A DNA stretch of 64,000 nt from contig MHBF01000168.1 in the NCBI GenBank assembly GCA_001803225.1, forward strand, positions 589 to 64,588, given 5' to 3'. This stretch comes from Lentisphaerae bacterium GWF2_44_16. GTDB lineage: Bacteria; Verrucomicrobiota; Lentisphaeria; Victivallales; GWF2-45-14. A program made the translations under genes and the position numbers. Below are positions 37,664 to 46,930 of the stretch, piece after piece. The notes beneath the pieces are model-generated. The model was not told the origin of the DNA. It saw only the letters and a list, made by a program, of their open reading frames with translations, and made no database searches. Numbering within the stretch: the first letter of the stretch is position 1; each line of letters opens with the position of its first letter.

Positions 37664-38897
37664 TAATTACCCCCTGATGGACTTTCTTGATAGCCTCAAT
37701 GGTTTTCTGTATGTCATCTTCGGTCCAGAATTCATTAAAGGGTATCCTTATCATTTCATCAAGTAAACATTCGGCAAAAGGACAAATGCCCCTATCATAG
37801 CTTATGGGCTCAGGAAATGGACGGTATGGTTCGTGTCCATACGGGAAGTTAGAGTTGCCGAACATTTTACCATTGTGAAATACTTCATACTCATATACTG
37901 GACGCGGAATGTAGCCGCCAGTGCAAGGCACACCTTCGCCTGCAAGGGTTTTTACAAATTCATCCCTTATTTTTGCGTTGACACGGAATGCATAGAACCA
38001 ATATGTGTGTTTGGAATTCGGATATGCCTCCTGGATTTTTATTCCTGACAAGCGCTTGATTCCATCGCTTAGCATTTTCCCAAGCCGATTCCTTTTTTCG
38101 CAGATGTCTTGAACTTTTTTAAGTTGCGCAATCGCTACAGCTGCCTGAAGTTCCGTAACCCGGTAGTTGGGAGCGACAAAGAGTGATGTCCTGCCTTTTT
38201 CACGCGGCCATGCCTTGTCTGAAAAAAGCCTGGCCCTTTCAGCCAGCATATCATCATCCGTTACCGTAATTCCTCCGTCACCACAGGTTATATGTTTGCA
38301 TTGATTAAAACTAAAGCAACCGAGAAGTCCAAACTTACCAACCAGAGTATCGTTGTAAGTTGTTTCGAATGCTTGGGCACAGTCTTCAATGAGGTGTATT
38401 TTATGTTTGTTTGCTATTTTTCTAAGTTTATCCATACTGCATGCATTTCCGATAAGATGTATCGCCAGGATAGCTTTTGTGCGCGGAGTAATCTTTCTTT
38501 CCACATCATCAGGATCAATCTCCCATGTGTTTTCATCAAGGTCGGCAAAAACAGGAACACATAGAGAAAGCAGTATGGGCATTATGCTTCCCATGTCCGT
38601 TATCGGTGAAGTTATAATTTCCGAACCAGGGTCAAGATTCAATGCCCCTAAAGCTATATGTATGGCCGCAGTGCCTGAGGTGGACATAACAGCGTGTTTC
38701 ACTCCGAGATATTCAGCAAACTGCTTTTCAAATTCCTTGACTTTTGTCCCACAATTTTTATTGAGATTCCCGGAACGGAGTACTTCCAGAACAAGTCGCT
38801 CCTCTTCATCTCCAAAACGATTGCCATTTCTGCCAATAGTTTCAGTTAAAACAAGTTCTCTTTTTGCCTCTACATTTTCCGTTCTCATAGTACTCAT
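37650..38897 (-). CDS. DegT/DnrJ/EryC1/StrS family PLP-dependent (sugar) aminotransferase
   Basis: FEKQFAEYLGVKHAVMSTSGTAAIHIAL, IHLIEDCAQA, and the PLP-Lys motif GCFSFNQCKHITCGDGG. Confidence 0.9.
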   Translation of the reverse strand: MSTMRTENVEAKRELVLTETIGRNGNRFGDEEERLVLEVLRSGNLNKNCGTKVKEFEKQFAEYLGVKHAVMSTSGTAAIHIALGALNLDPGSEIITSPITDMGSIMPILLSLCVPVFADLDENTWEIDPDDVERKITPRTKAILAIHLIGNACSMDKLRKIANKHKIHLIEDCAQAFETTYNDTLVGKFGLLGCFSFNQCKHITCGDGGITVTDDDMLAERARLFSDKAWPREKGRTSLFVAPNYRVTELQAAVAIAQLKKVQDICEKRNRLGKMLSDGIKRLSGIKIQEAYPNSKHTYWFYAFRVNAKIRDEFVKTLAGEGVPCTGGYIPRPVYEYEVFHNGKMFGNSNFPYGHEPYRPFPEPISYDRGICPFAECLLDEMIRIPFNEFWTEDDIQKTIEAIKKVHQGVISGKR

Positions 38898-38907
38898 TGC
38901 CTTCTTG

Positions 38908-39912
38908 TCATTTTATTGTAATAATTGATCTTGTTGTAATTGCGTCCTCGGCGGCTTTTGCCAATTTGAGGGTTTCAATTGCGTTGTTGATATTGTTAAG
39001 TGGAATTTTGTTTTCCTTTCGACATTCAATCAGTGCTTCAAGCTCTCTCCTGCAACCGAAGTGCATACACTCTTTTGGGGTAACAGTACAGTCCTGAACA
39101 ATTTTCTCAGACGATTCGCGATTGTAAATTTCAAGTATTTCTCCATTTATTCGCAACATCCCTTTCGAACCTATAACCTCCATACCATTTTGTCCTCCAT
39201 TTTCACAAAAGAGGCACATTGTAAGCTGTGCCTTAATTCCATTCTCGTATTCGACCAGCACATAACAATTATCTATAAGCGGACTTTCCTTATTGACATC
39301 ATTACTTCCTATGCCCATTACTTTTACAGGCGCGGCTTCTGCGAACCAGTTGAAAAGATCAAAAAAATGAGAGTTTTTCTCAAGCATTATACCTCCGGTT
39401 TTTCCGGTTTGCCGCCACCCCTGAAGAAGGGGTTTTCTGAATTCGTTGTAGCGCAGTATTTTTACTTCGCCGATTATGTCTTCTTCTATTTTTTCTTTAG
39501 CGGTTTCAAAAACTTTTGAATGTCTTAATTCATGACCTATCTGAAGGAAGCTTCCTGTTTTTTTCAAAACTCCTTTTATTCTCTCGCACTCCTCAATATT
39601 AATCCCTAAAGGTTTCTCACAGAAAACATCCTTTCCGGCTTCCATAGAAGCGACAACCTGTTCACAATGAAGCCAGTTAGGCGTAGCTATTACAGCGACA
39701 TCCACGTCATCCTGTTTCAATAAGGCTCTGTAATCATTGAATACTTTTGCCTCAGGTACCATTTCCAAGGCCTTCCTGATATTTTCATCGGAAATATCGC
39801 TTAGTACTGTTATTTCGGCATTTTTAATATTCCGCAAATTAGGAATATGCCCCAATTGCGATATCTGCCCGCAACCGATTATTCCAAAACGAACCTTTTG
39901 CATTTTGTGCAT
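38908..39912 (-). CDS. Gfo/Idh/MocA family oxidoreductase
   Basis: VRFGIIGCGQISQLGHIPNL, VAVIATPNWLHCEQVVASMEAGKDVFCEKPL. Confidence 0.9.
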   Translation of the reverse strand: MHKMQKVRFGIIGCGQISQLGHIPNLRNIKNAEITVLSDISDENIRKALEMVPEAKVFNDYRALLKQDDVDVAVIATPNWLHCEQVVASMEAGKDVFCEKPLGINIEECERIKGVLKKTGSFLQIGHELRHSKVFETAKEKIEEDIIGEVKILRYNEFRKPLLQGWRQTGKTGGIMLEKNSHFFDLFNWFAEAAPVKVMGIGSNDVNKESPLIDNCYVLVEYENGIKAQLTMCLFCENGGQNGMEVIGSKGMLRINGEILEIYNRESSEKIVQDCTVTPKECMHFGCRRELEALIECRKENKIPLNNINNAIETLKLAKAAEDAITTRSIITIK

Positions 39913-39917
39913 CTTTC

Positions 39918-40799
39918 TTATTTACAGATTATATCAAGAAGTCTGCTTGCTTCCAGAAGTTTTTCTTTCGAGAATACCGTTTTCTTACCATCAAAGGCAG
40001 CAATCATATTTTCTGATGCGCGTCTGAAAGCACCGATGCGGTCTTTTGTTTCAATCGTAGCGGATTTTCCATTTACGCTGTAATCAATACGCGAGCATCC
40101 ACCAGGAAAATCAGGTCCGCATGACATAATAATAGTCGTTCCAGTATCATGCTCAAGGAGAATTATTTTGCTTTTGCTTTTGTTTTTGAGGAGAACACAT
40201 TTTGTTATTTTACCAGGAAACGCGGCTTGAACCGTACAGATAATATGTATTCCGTACTTTTTCAAAATATCCATGCTCATTGCCATGCTTGCGTAGGCGA
40301 TACCACCTGGAGGCATTGCCTTAATCAAGTCATATTCAGGACAGAACCCCTGCTGAGACCATGCGCAAATTATAAGATTTTTTTCTTCAGCCATTGACAC
40401 AAGTTTTTCTGTGATAGCAAGCTTGTCGGAGAGTACCTTGTCTGCAAAGACATTTTTCCCAGCGTTAATACTTTTCTCGATAAGTTCAGAACGAGAATCT
40501 ATCCTCTCATCCATTACCATTATCAGATCACATGCTTCAAAAACCTCATCCAGCGACTTGGTCACAGTAAGATTAAATGTCCCGGCCATGTCTTCCGGTA
40601 CACCCTCAAGACCTCCCCATACATGTGTAAGCTTGGCAGCTTTCAGAGGCTCAACATCAGGGTTTTCCAGCATCAGTTTAAGTTGCCATTGGGGTATGGT
40701 TTTTGCTTTTGCAGCGAACTCAATGTCCGGCTTGTTGAAATGCATACCATACCCGTAAGTGTGTATAAGCTGGGAACCTATCATTCCTATTTTCTTCAT
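39918..40799 (-). CDS. Divergent Gfo/Idh/MocA-like protein (Rossmann-like N-terminus, non-canonical EKP region)
   Basis: MKKIGMIGSQLIHTYGYGMHF...ACDLIMVMDERIDSRSELIEKSINAGKNVFADKVLS follows the family layout, but EKP reads ADK. Start set at ATG 40799 (AAAGGA SD 8 nt upstream). The track start 40844 would overlap the DegT gene by 29 nt. Confidence 0.5.
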   Translation of the reverse strand: MKKIGMIGSQLIHTYGYGMHFNKPDIEFAAKAKTIPQWQLKLMLENPDVEPLKAAKLTHVWGGLEGVPEDMAGTFNLTVTKSLDEVFEACDLIMVMDERIDSRSELIEKSINAGKNVFADKVLSDKLAITEKLVSMAEEKNLIICAWSQQGFCPEYDLIKAMPPGGIAYASMAMSMDILKKYGIHIICTVQAAFPGKITKCVLLKNKSKSKIILLEHDTGTTIIMSCGPDFPGGCSRIDYSVNGKSATIETKDRIGAFRRASENMIAAFDGKKTVFSKEKLLEASRLLDIICK

Positions 40800-40815
40800 T
40801 TTTAAAATCCTTTTT

Positions 40816-42021
40816 TTATGACAATGTTTCTTTAATTGTTTCAATAATTATATTGCAATCTTTTTTTGTTCCCAGAAGGATATTCTGTGGCAAGCCTATC
40901 GCTTCCATACATATTCTTTCTGTTTCAGGACACACAGCTTTTGTGTAATCAAGCTTTTTCCCATAAGCGTTATCTATCACATACGAAACCAATGGAGCAA
41001 ATGCTTTTTTCACAAACAATGGATTTTTATAAAGTGGTATTGGATAGCCTGTCCCGCAAGGAACTCCCCTATCGTTCATTGCTTTTATCAATTCATTTCT
41101 CGAAAGACCTGACGTGCTTTTCTCTTTTTCGTACCTGAATACATAAAGATGATAGGCGGAACAAGTAACGCCTTCAATTTCTGCAGGCGGTGTTATTCCT
41201 GGAATACTTTTCAGATTCTCTGATATGTATCTGGCGTTCTCTTCTCTCCTCCTTGTCTGTTCTTCCAGTCTGCTGAACTGAGCTAAAAGAATTCCCCCGA
41301 GAAATTCGCTCAGCCTCGCATTGGTACCCAGTACCTCGTGCTCATAAAATTTTCCTCCGGGCATTCGTCCTATATGGTGATATGAAAAACACTTCTGTGA
41401 AAGTATTTCGTTGTTGGTTACAATCATTCCGCCTTCACCACAGGTTATGTTTTTGCTGGCCTGAAAACTGAAACATCCCAAATCGCCAATCGCACCGACT
41501 TTTCTGCCGTGCCATTCAGCTCCAGGAGCTTGACATGCGTCTTCAAGAACATATAGATTATGCTTTTTTGCTATTCCCATAATTTTGTCCATCTCGCAGG
41601 GATAACCGTAAAGATGAACTGGAATTATCACTTTTGTTCTGTCTGTGATTTTTCTTTCTATATCACCAGAGTCGATACAATAAGTCACCGGATTTATATC
41701 TGCAAAAACCGGTACGCACCCAATCTGCAAAACAGCTGTAGCTGTTGAGATAAAGGTATATGCCGGTATAATCACCTCTGCTCCCGGAGAAATATCAAGC
41801 GCCCTCAATGCTATCTCAAGCGCAACAGTTCCGTTGACTACAGCTACTCCATACTTGGCATCCTGATAAACTGTGAATTTTTTTTCAAATTCATTTACCT
41901 TTGTTCCCTGCCATCTGTTCCATGTATGGCTTGCAAGCACATCCCTAACTTCCATTATTTCTCTTTCTGTATACTCCGGCCAAATCGGTACATTTATTTT
42001 CGGCATTTTATTGCTCCTCAT
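40816..42021 (-). CDS. DegT/DnrJ/EryC1/StrS family PLP-dependent (sugar) aminotransferase
   Basis: FEKKFTVYQDAKYGVAVVNGTVALEIAL, LYVLEDACQA, and the PLP-Lys motif GCFSFQASKNITCGEGG. Confidence 0.9.
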   Translation of the reverse strand: MRSNKMPKINVPIWPEYTEREIMEVRDVLASHTWNRWQGTKVNEFEKKFTVYQDAKYGVAVVNGTVALEIALRALDISPGAEVIIPAYTFISTATAVLQIGCVPVFADINPVTYCIDSGDIERKITDRTKVIIPVHLYGYPCEMDKIMGIAKKHNLYVLEDACQAPGAEWHGRKVGAIGDLGCFSFQASKNITCGEGGMIVTNNEILSQKCFSYHHIGRMPGGKFYEHEVLGTNARLSEFLGGILLAQFSRLEEQTRRREENARYISENLKSIPGITPPAEIEGVTCSAYHLYVFRYEKEKSTSGLSRNELIKAMNDRGVPCGTGYPIPLYKNPLFVKKAFAPLVSYVIDNAYGKKLDYTKAVCPETERICMEAIGLPQNILLGTKKDCNIIIETIKETLS

Positions 42022-42087
42022 TTTTACTTTTTATGTATCCCTCCAATACGGGATTAAATGCAAATTCTATTCAAATAATTACATGTA

Positions 42088-44583
42088 TTAATTTTTGTTG
42101 TCAACAGATTTACTCTTTCTTGGGGTTTCCACTAATCTGACGGGCTTATATATTCCTCCAGCTCCCATCTTGTCATAAACTTTGACTGTTAATATGTTGG
42201 GCAAATTATAGTCTAAATATTTGTCGATCTCTGCATATATAGGCTTATCCCACCCCACATTATGAATCAAAAATTTGCCATTAATCCATACCCATGCTTC
42301 TCCATCAACCCCAGGCATTGATAATATTATGGACTTTCCTTCACAGTCTTTGCTCGTTTTAAAAGAAATCCTGTACCATGCGATGCCATCATAATCATAT
42401 CCTTCGCTTTCCCATGTTTTTCCTATTGCTATTTTTTTCCAAGAAGAATCATCGAAATTGACTTGATTGTAGCCAGCGCCTTCCCCAATGTTTTTAGGAT
42501 CCAGCATGAACGTCCACATTTCACCGGTAAGATCTTTGAGGGTTGCCTTCTCAAACTTTGCTTGCTTAATTAAATTCCCCAGATTATTTTGTATCTTATC
42601 TTTAACAAAACCTGATATCCCCTCGGAGCCTGAATACATAAGCCCCCAGTTTCCCATGTTTTTTTCCGCTTCTTTCAACAAATTTTGACTTGCGCTGTAT
42701 GCTTCTTCTGCTTTTTGTATCTCATGTGTTTTATTATAAGCTCTACTCAACATATCCAGCTTTAGATATTGCTCCGCATATTCATGAGCCTGTATTGCTA
42801 AATTCAAGCGCTGTAAATATTTTTCATCTTGTTTTGCTGATTTATTTTGAGCTTTATTTAAAAAAATTCTTGCCTTTTTCAAAAGCTCGTACGAAAGCCA
42901 GTTGTCGGATTCATTCATGATGGTTTGACTGATAATGTGAGTTTTAGATTCTCTAAGAGCCTCCTCCAAAAAATAGTAATATAACATCATTTCTTCAGCC
43001 ATAGGCCCATAATATCTCGTGAAGTAATCCTTTATAATTGCATTGGGTTCCAAGGCGGCATCCCAGGAAGTTTTAGCGAACACCCAGTAATTCAAGCCAT
43101 TGTATCCAAAATTAGATATGCTACTTTGCCCGTATACGCCTAAAACTTCCGGTTTATTAAAATAGTTCATATTTTTCGCAGTAATTTCCGCCACAGGCCA
43201 AGGAAGCTGTCGGAACATAGTTTTAAAAGTGTAGTAGTAAATGTATATTTTTACATTCTTTTTCCTCCATTCTTCAAAGATTTTTTTAAAGTGTTTATTT
43301 TTTTCGCAATCGCATGAAGCGATTGAATAGCTGTAGCACGCTGGACGATGGTGGCATAATTGTACTAAAACATTGTCTTGTAATGGAAAAGAGGGAGCTC
43401 TTGTATAATTATGATAAGCAGGAGAGTATATGATTTTGTCTGGGAATTTATCTTTTACAATTTTTGCAACTTCATTTACATATCGCCAGACTCTATCTGA
43501 AATAATGGGTTCACTTGGAACATCCTCCCAGTCGGCTTGACCTCTTTGGTTATCCCAAACGCAACACTTCTCGCATTCACACCAATGCCAATTGTCATTG
43601 GGTCCAATGCAAAAGATACTATCTCTGGGATGCGTCTTGAAATAATTCATAGCCTGACTTGCAATATGATTTATGAATTCTGGATTGGAAACACACCTTT
43701 GTACATATGCCCCAGATGTGTCTCTTCTGTCCATACTCTTTATATACGGAAACCAGTCTGGGTACGATTTTGAAAATTTGTCAGGAGAAGAAAGGACATC
43801 GAATGAATGCGTTTTCGTGAAACCACCTAAAAGTCCACCGCCAAGGACGGATAATTTTCTGCCGCGTCCTATTGCAGAATTAAATTTATTTCTTATCAAC
43901 CATTCTTTGCCCATTTCTATTTTTTCCGGTGAGAGATCTGGGGCGTATAGCCCAAAACCTCTTACCTTGAATGAGGGAGTAAAGACAAACAAAAATTTTG
44001 GGAAAACTATTTTTTCTTTTTTTAATAGATCAACTCCAAATTCTGCAGGCATAAAGAATCTAATATCCATAAACCTTTCCAAAAAGTCAACAACTCCAAA
44101 ATAATTTCCATATCCAGCCTTACCTGCAATAATCAGTCTGTTTTTCTCGGAAATAATAGTATATGAATCGTCTGATTTCAGCTTGTTTATCATCTCTTTC
44201 AGCGCATCAGTTAAAAATACAGTTTTACCAATGCAAATAAGAGGTTTAGAGTGGGACGCAAATGCATCTCTCACTATGTTAAACTTTTTATCCGTAATTT
44301 TTCCCAACCAATACGCCAATTCGTTTGCTGAAAGAATTTCAGAACTGTCAGCATTTTGAGGTATTACGATGTCAGCTTGTACGTTTTGGTCAAGAATAGT
44401 TATCTCATCAGGCCCCGTGTATTTTTCATATAAACTGGCCGCTTTCATCTTTTGAGAGACTACTTTCAGGGCGCAGTCTTCAAGTTTGTTATAATCATAT
44501 TTTATACGATCATATGAGTACCCTAGAATAGAAGTACTCGCGCAAAACAATAGGACCAGAATTCTTTTACTTTGGTGAAACAT
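42088..44583 (-). CDS. Secreted DUF4838-type glycosidase-like protein with a C-terminal GH2-N-like (galactose-binding) sugar-binding domain
   Basis: Signal peptide MFHQSKRILVLLFCASTSILG. DUF4838-like core with IGPNDNWHWCECEKC. The C-terminal FDDSSWKKIAIGKTWESEGYDYDGIAWYRISF...SMPGVDGEAWVWINGKF is typical of the GH2 sugar-binding jelly roll. Confidence 0.6.
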   Translation of the reverse strand: MFHQSKRILVLLFCASTSILGYSYDRIKYDYNKLEDCALKVVSQKMKAASLYEKYTGPDEITILDQNVQADIVIPQNADSSEILSANELAYWLGKITDKKFNIVRDAFASHSKPLICIGKTVFLTDALKEMINKLKSDDSYTIISEKNRLIIAGKAGYGNYFGVVDFLERFMDIRFFMPAEFGVDLLKKEKIVFPKFLFVFTPSFKVRGFGLYAPDLSPEKIEMGKEWLIRNKFNSAIGRGRKLSVLGGGLLGGFTKTHSFDVLSSPDKFSKSYPDWFPYIKSMDRRDTSGAYVQRCVSNPEFINHIASQAMNYFKTHPRDSIFCIGPNDNWHWCECEKCCVWDNQRGQADWEDVPSEPIISDRVWRYVNEVAKIVKDKFPDKIIYSPAYHNYTRAPSFPLQDNVLVQLCHHRPACYSYSIASCDCEKNKHFKKIFEEWRKKNVKIYIYYYTFKTMFRQLPWPVAEITAKNMNYFNKPEVLGVYGQSSISNFGYNGLNYWVFAKTSWDAALEPNAIIKDYFTRYYGPMAEEMMLYYYFLEEALRESKTHIISQTIMNESDNWLSYELLKKARIFLNKAQNKSAKQDEKYLQRLNLAIQAHEYAEQYLKLDMLSRAYNKTHEIQKAEEAYSASQNLLKEAEKNMGNWGLMYSGSEGISGFVKDKIQNNLGNLIKQAKFEKATLKDLTGEMWTFMLDPKNIGEGAGYNQVNFDDSSWKKIAIGKTWESEGYDYDGIAWYRISFKTSKDCEGKSIILSMPGVDGEAWVWINGKFLIHNVGWDKPIYAEIDKYLDYNLPNILTVKVYDKMGAGGIYKPVRLVETPRKSKSVDNKN

Positions 44584-44598
44584 AATAAAACCTTTCTT

Positions 44599-45345
44599 TT
44601 AAAATCTATCCCAGATATTTCCAGAAGAACCTTCCGTATGGTCTGAAAATATATTGTTCTCATATGCGGCAGGCCCAAATCCCATGCGTTCGGAAGACGC
44701 ATGCCCGTCAATCCATAAAATGTTGCCTGAACCTGAATGGCGTGGATATAGAAAAGCTCTTGTTGTTCCAGTTTCAAACTTACCTTCCAACTGTATATAA
44801 CCGGTGTCCGTTATCCATTCATCAGTATTCGTGTTCAACGCAACATCTGCCAGTAGTACTGTGGAGGACGGCCTTATTATCTGAGAAATTCTTGCTGGTT
44901 GAGCTGGTGCTGCTGTTCCAATATATTTGTAATTATAACCATAATCAGGATAAGGCCAGTTGACATTATTGATCGAGGCTGACTCAGTTCCAGTTTTCCA
45001 AAAAATTTCTCTCGCGATACGAGAACTTGTTCTCTTAAGCGAAGGACACAAAAAAGATGTTCCTTTTGCATATTCATTTTTAACAAGGCATGAAGTTGCA
45101 AAGTATCGATTTCCAACGGGTCCATAATAGTAAGGTGGGTAATAGCCTTCTTGAACATCCTGAACATACAATGAAAATGAAGCCCCCAATTGCTTAAAAT
45201 TTCCGATGCACACTATTCTCCTTGAGATTTCTTTTGCACCTTGAAGGGCTGGCAATAAGAGACCTGCTAAAGTAGCTATAATTGCAATCACTATAAGCAA
45301 TTCTAGAAGCGTAAATGCTGTGTTTATATTTCTGGAAATATGCAT
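44599..45345 (-). CDS. Prepilin-type N-terminal domain protein, H-X9-DG family
   Basis: [54 protein letters not shown]; [14 protein letters not shown]. Start placed at the internal ATG 45345 because the track ORF extends to 45597 with an implausibly long leader. Confidence 0.8.
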   Translation of the reverse strand: MHISRNINTAFTLLELLIVIAIIATLAGLLLPALQGAKEISRRIVCIGNFKQLGASFSLYVQDVQEGYYPPYYYGPVGNRYFATSCLVKNEYAKGTSFLCPSLKRTSSRIAREIFWKTGTESASINNVNWPYPDYGYNYKYIGTAAPAQPARISQIIRPSSTVLLADVALNTNTDEWITDTGYIQLEGKFETGTTRAFLYPRHSGSGNILWIDGHASSERMGFGPAAYENNIFSDHTEGSSGNIWDRF

Positions 45346-45662
45346 TGAGAGTTTTTTGTAAAAGTTTAGTCCTAAAAAGTTATTTTCCCTGAAAAAATTT
45401 TCGGATTTTTTCAGGCCAGTGTTTTTTTCCCTCCATTTTCCGTTCTCATTTCTCATTGCGTTTTTTTCTCCTTTTTTGTGTAAAATTTTTAAAATCTCGA
45501 AATTCTCATATTGACAATAATTTGCATTTATTATAAAGCGGAATATCCATCCCGATAAACTGCCTGCCAAGTACGTTCTTCGTCGTTTCCACGCCATAAA
45601 GCCTTTCCCATGCGTCAGTATAGATAGAAGATTTCAGTTTACCTTGCCTATTTCTTTTTTAA

Positions 45663-46670
45663 TCAACATGATGCTCTCATTACAAGTTTAGGTTCTATAA
45701 TAATCGTCTTAGGCTTTCTTGGCCCTTTCTTTATTTTTTCCAGCAGTAATTCGCATACTTTTTGTCCGGCCTCATATTTTCCTGGTTCTATTGTTGTGAG
45801 AGGCACATCTGAAAATTCCAGAGAGGCCTGCAGATTGTCCCATCCCAAAACCGCTATATCTTCGGGTACCTTCAGTCCTCTTTCACGAATTACTCTGATC
45901 GCTCCTATCGCCAATATATCAGCGGTTACAAAAACAGCATCCGGGATTACTGTCCCATCAAACAGTTTTTTCATTGCATCCCTGCCAGCCTGAACTGAAT
46001 GATTGAATCTCTTTATCAACTGAGGGTGATATTCGAGACCATACCTATCAAGAGTTTTCCTGTATTCCTTTTCTGCCCTCAGGCAGGAATTGCTTCTCCC
46101 CTCCGTTATAAACGCTATATGCTTGTAACCTTTGGAACAAAGATATTCCATACCTAAAGATGTACATTTTATTAAGTCAGGCATAACGCTGTCAACATCT
46201 GATATTTCCTGAAAACAGGAGATCCACGGAAGCCCTGAAGCAGTTATTTTCTCTCTTATTTCACTTTCAAAGAAACCGGAATTAGGCAAAGTTATAATTC
46301 CCTCAATTTGCCTGTTCAGCAACATGTCAATTTCTTTTGCCATATTCAGCTTGCTGTATAAATTTAAAGCAAGAACGCTATAACCATTTTTTGTTGCGGT
46401 TTCTATAATGGCAATGCAAGTTTCTGTAAGATAAGCTATGCCGTCTTCTTTTATGGTTGTAACAAGACCTATAGTATCACTTTTCCGTCTGGAAAGACTC
46501 CTTGCCAGAAGATTTGGCCGGTATCCAAGCCGCTCTGCTGTTTTTCTAATTTTAACGGCAGTCTCTTCTGAATACCGCACAGATCTCTTCTGGTTTCTCA
46601 ATACAGCCGAGACCAGCATCTTAGAAATGCCGCATTCCTCTGCTATATCCTGTATTGTTATTTGTCGCAT
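45663..46670 (-). CDS. LacI family transcriptional regulator
   Basis: ITIQDIAEECGISKMLVSAVLRN HTH; LGYRPNLLARSLS; VLGWDN...PLTTIEP. Confidence 0.9.
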   Translation of the reverse strand: MRQITIQDIAEECGISKMLVSAVLRNQKRSVRYSEETAVKIRKTAERLGYRPNLLARSLSRRKSDTIGLVTTIKEDGIAYLTETCIAIIETATKNGYSVLALNLYSKLNMAKEIDMLLNRQIEGIITLPNSGFFESEIREKITASGLPWISCFQEISDVDSVMPDLIKCTSLGMEYLCSKGYKHIAFITEGRSNSCLRAEKEYRKTLDRYGLEYHPQLIKRFNHSVQAGRDAMKKLFDGTVIPDAVFVTADILAIGAIRVIRERGLKVPEDIAVLGWDNLQASLEFSDVPLTTIEPGKYEAGQKVCELLLEKIKKGPRKPKTIIIEPKLVMRASC

Positions 46671-46930
46671 TTTACTCCTTATTGGATATACCGGTAAATC
46701 GGATTAAATATATTATAAATGAAAATATTATAAATGTCAATATCTTCTAACTAAAATTTTCCTGCTTTTTTTACAACTTTTTTTACAAAAATAAACAAAG
46801 CAGGTACGGTGAAAATTTTGATTAAAAACCCTTATGAAGCTATCGAGCCTCATATTACTGGTTATAAAAGATAGCCATCCTGTGAAAATTCTCTGAATGG
46901 AGGGATTTACGGCTGGCATTTTGTGGAATT

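Noticed and set aside
45521-45547. Plus-strand TTGACA (45521-45526) - 15 nt - TATAAA (45542-45547), a promoter-like string upstream of the pseudopilin gene region.
   Set aside because: It points towards the 3' end of the convergently oriented LacI gene, so it would give only antisense transcription. The spacer is short. It is most likely a chance occurrence in AT-rich DNA.
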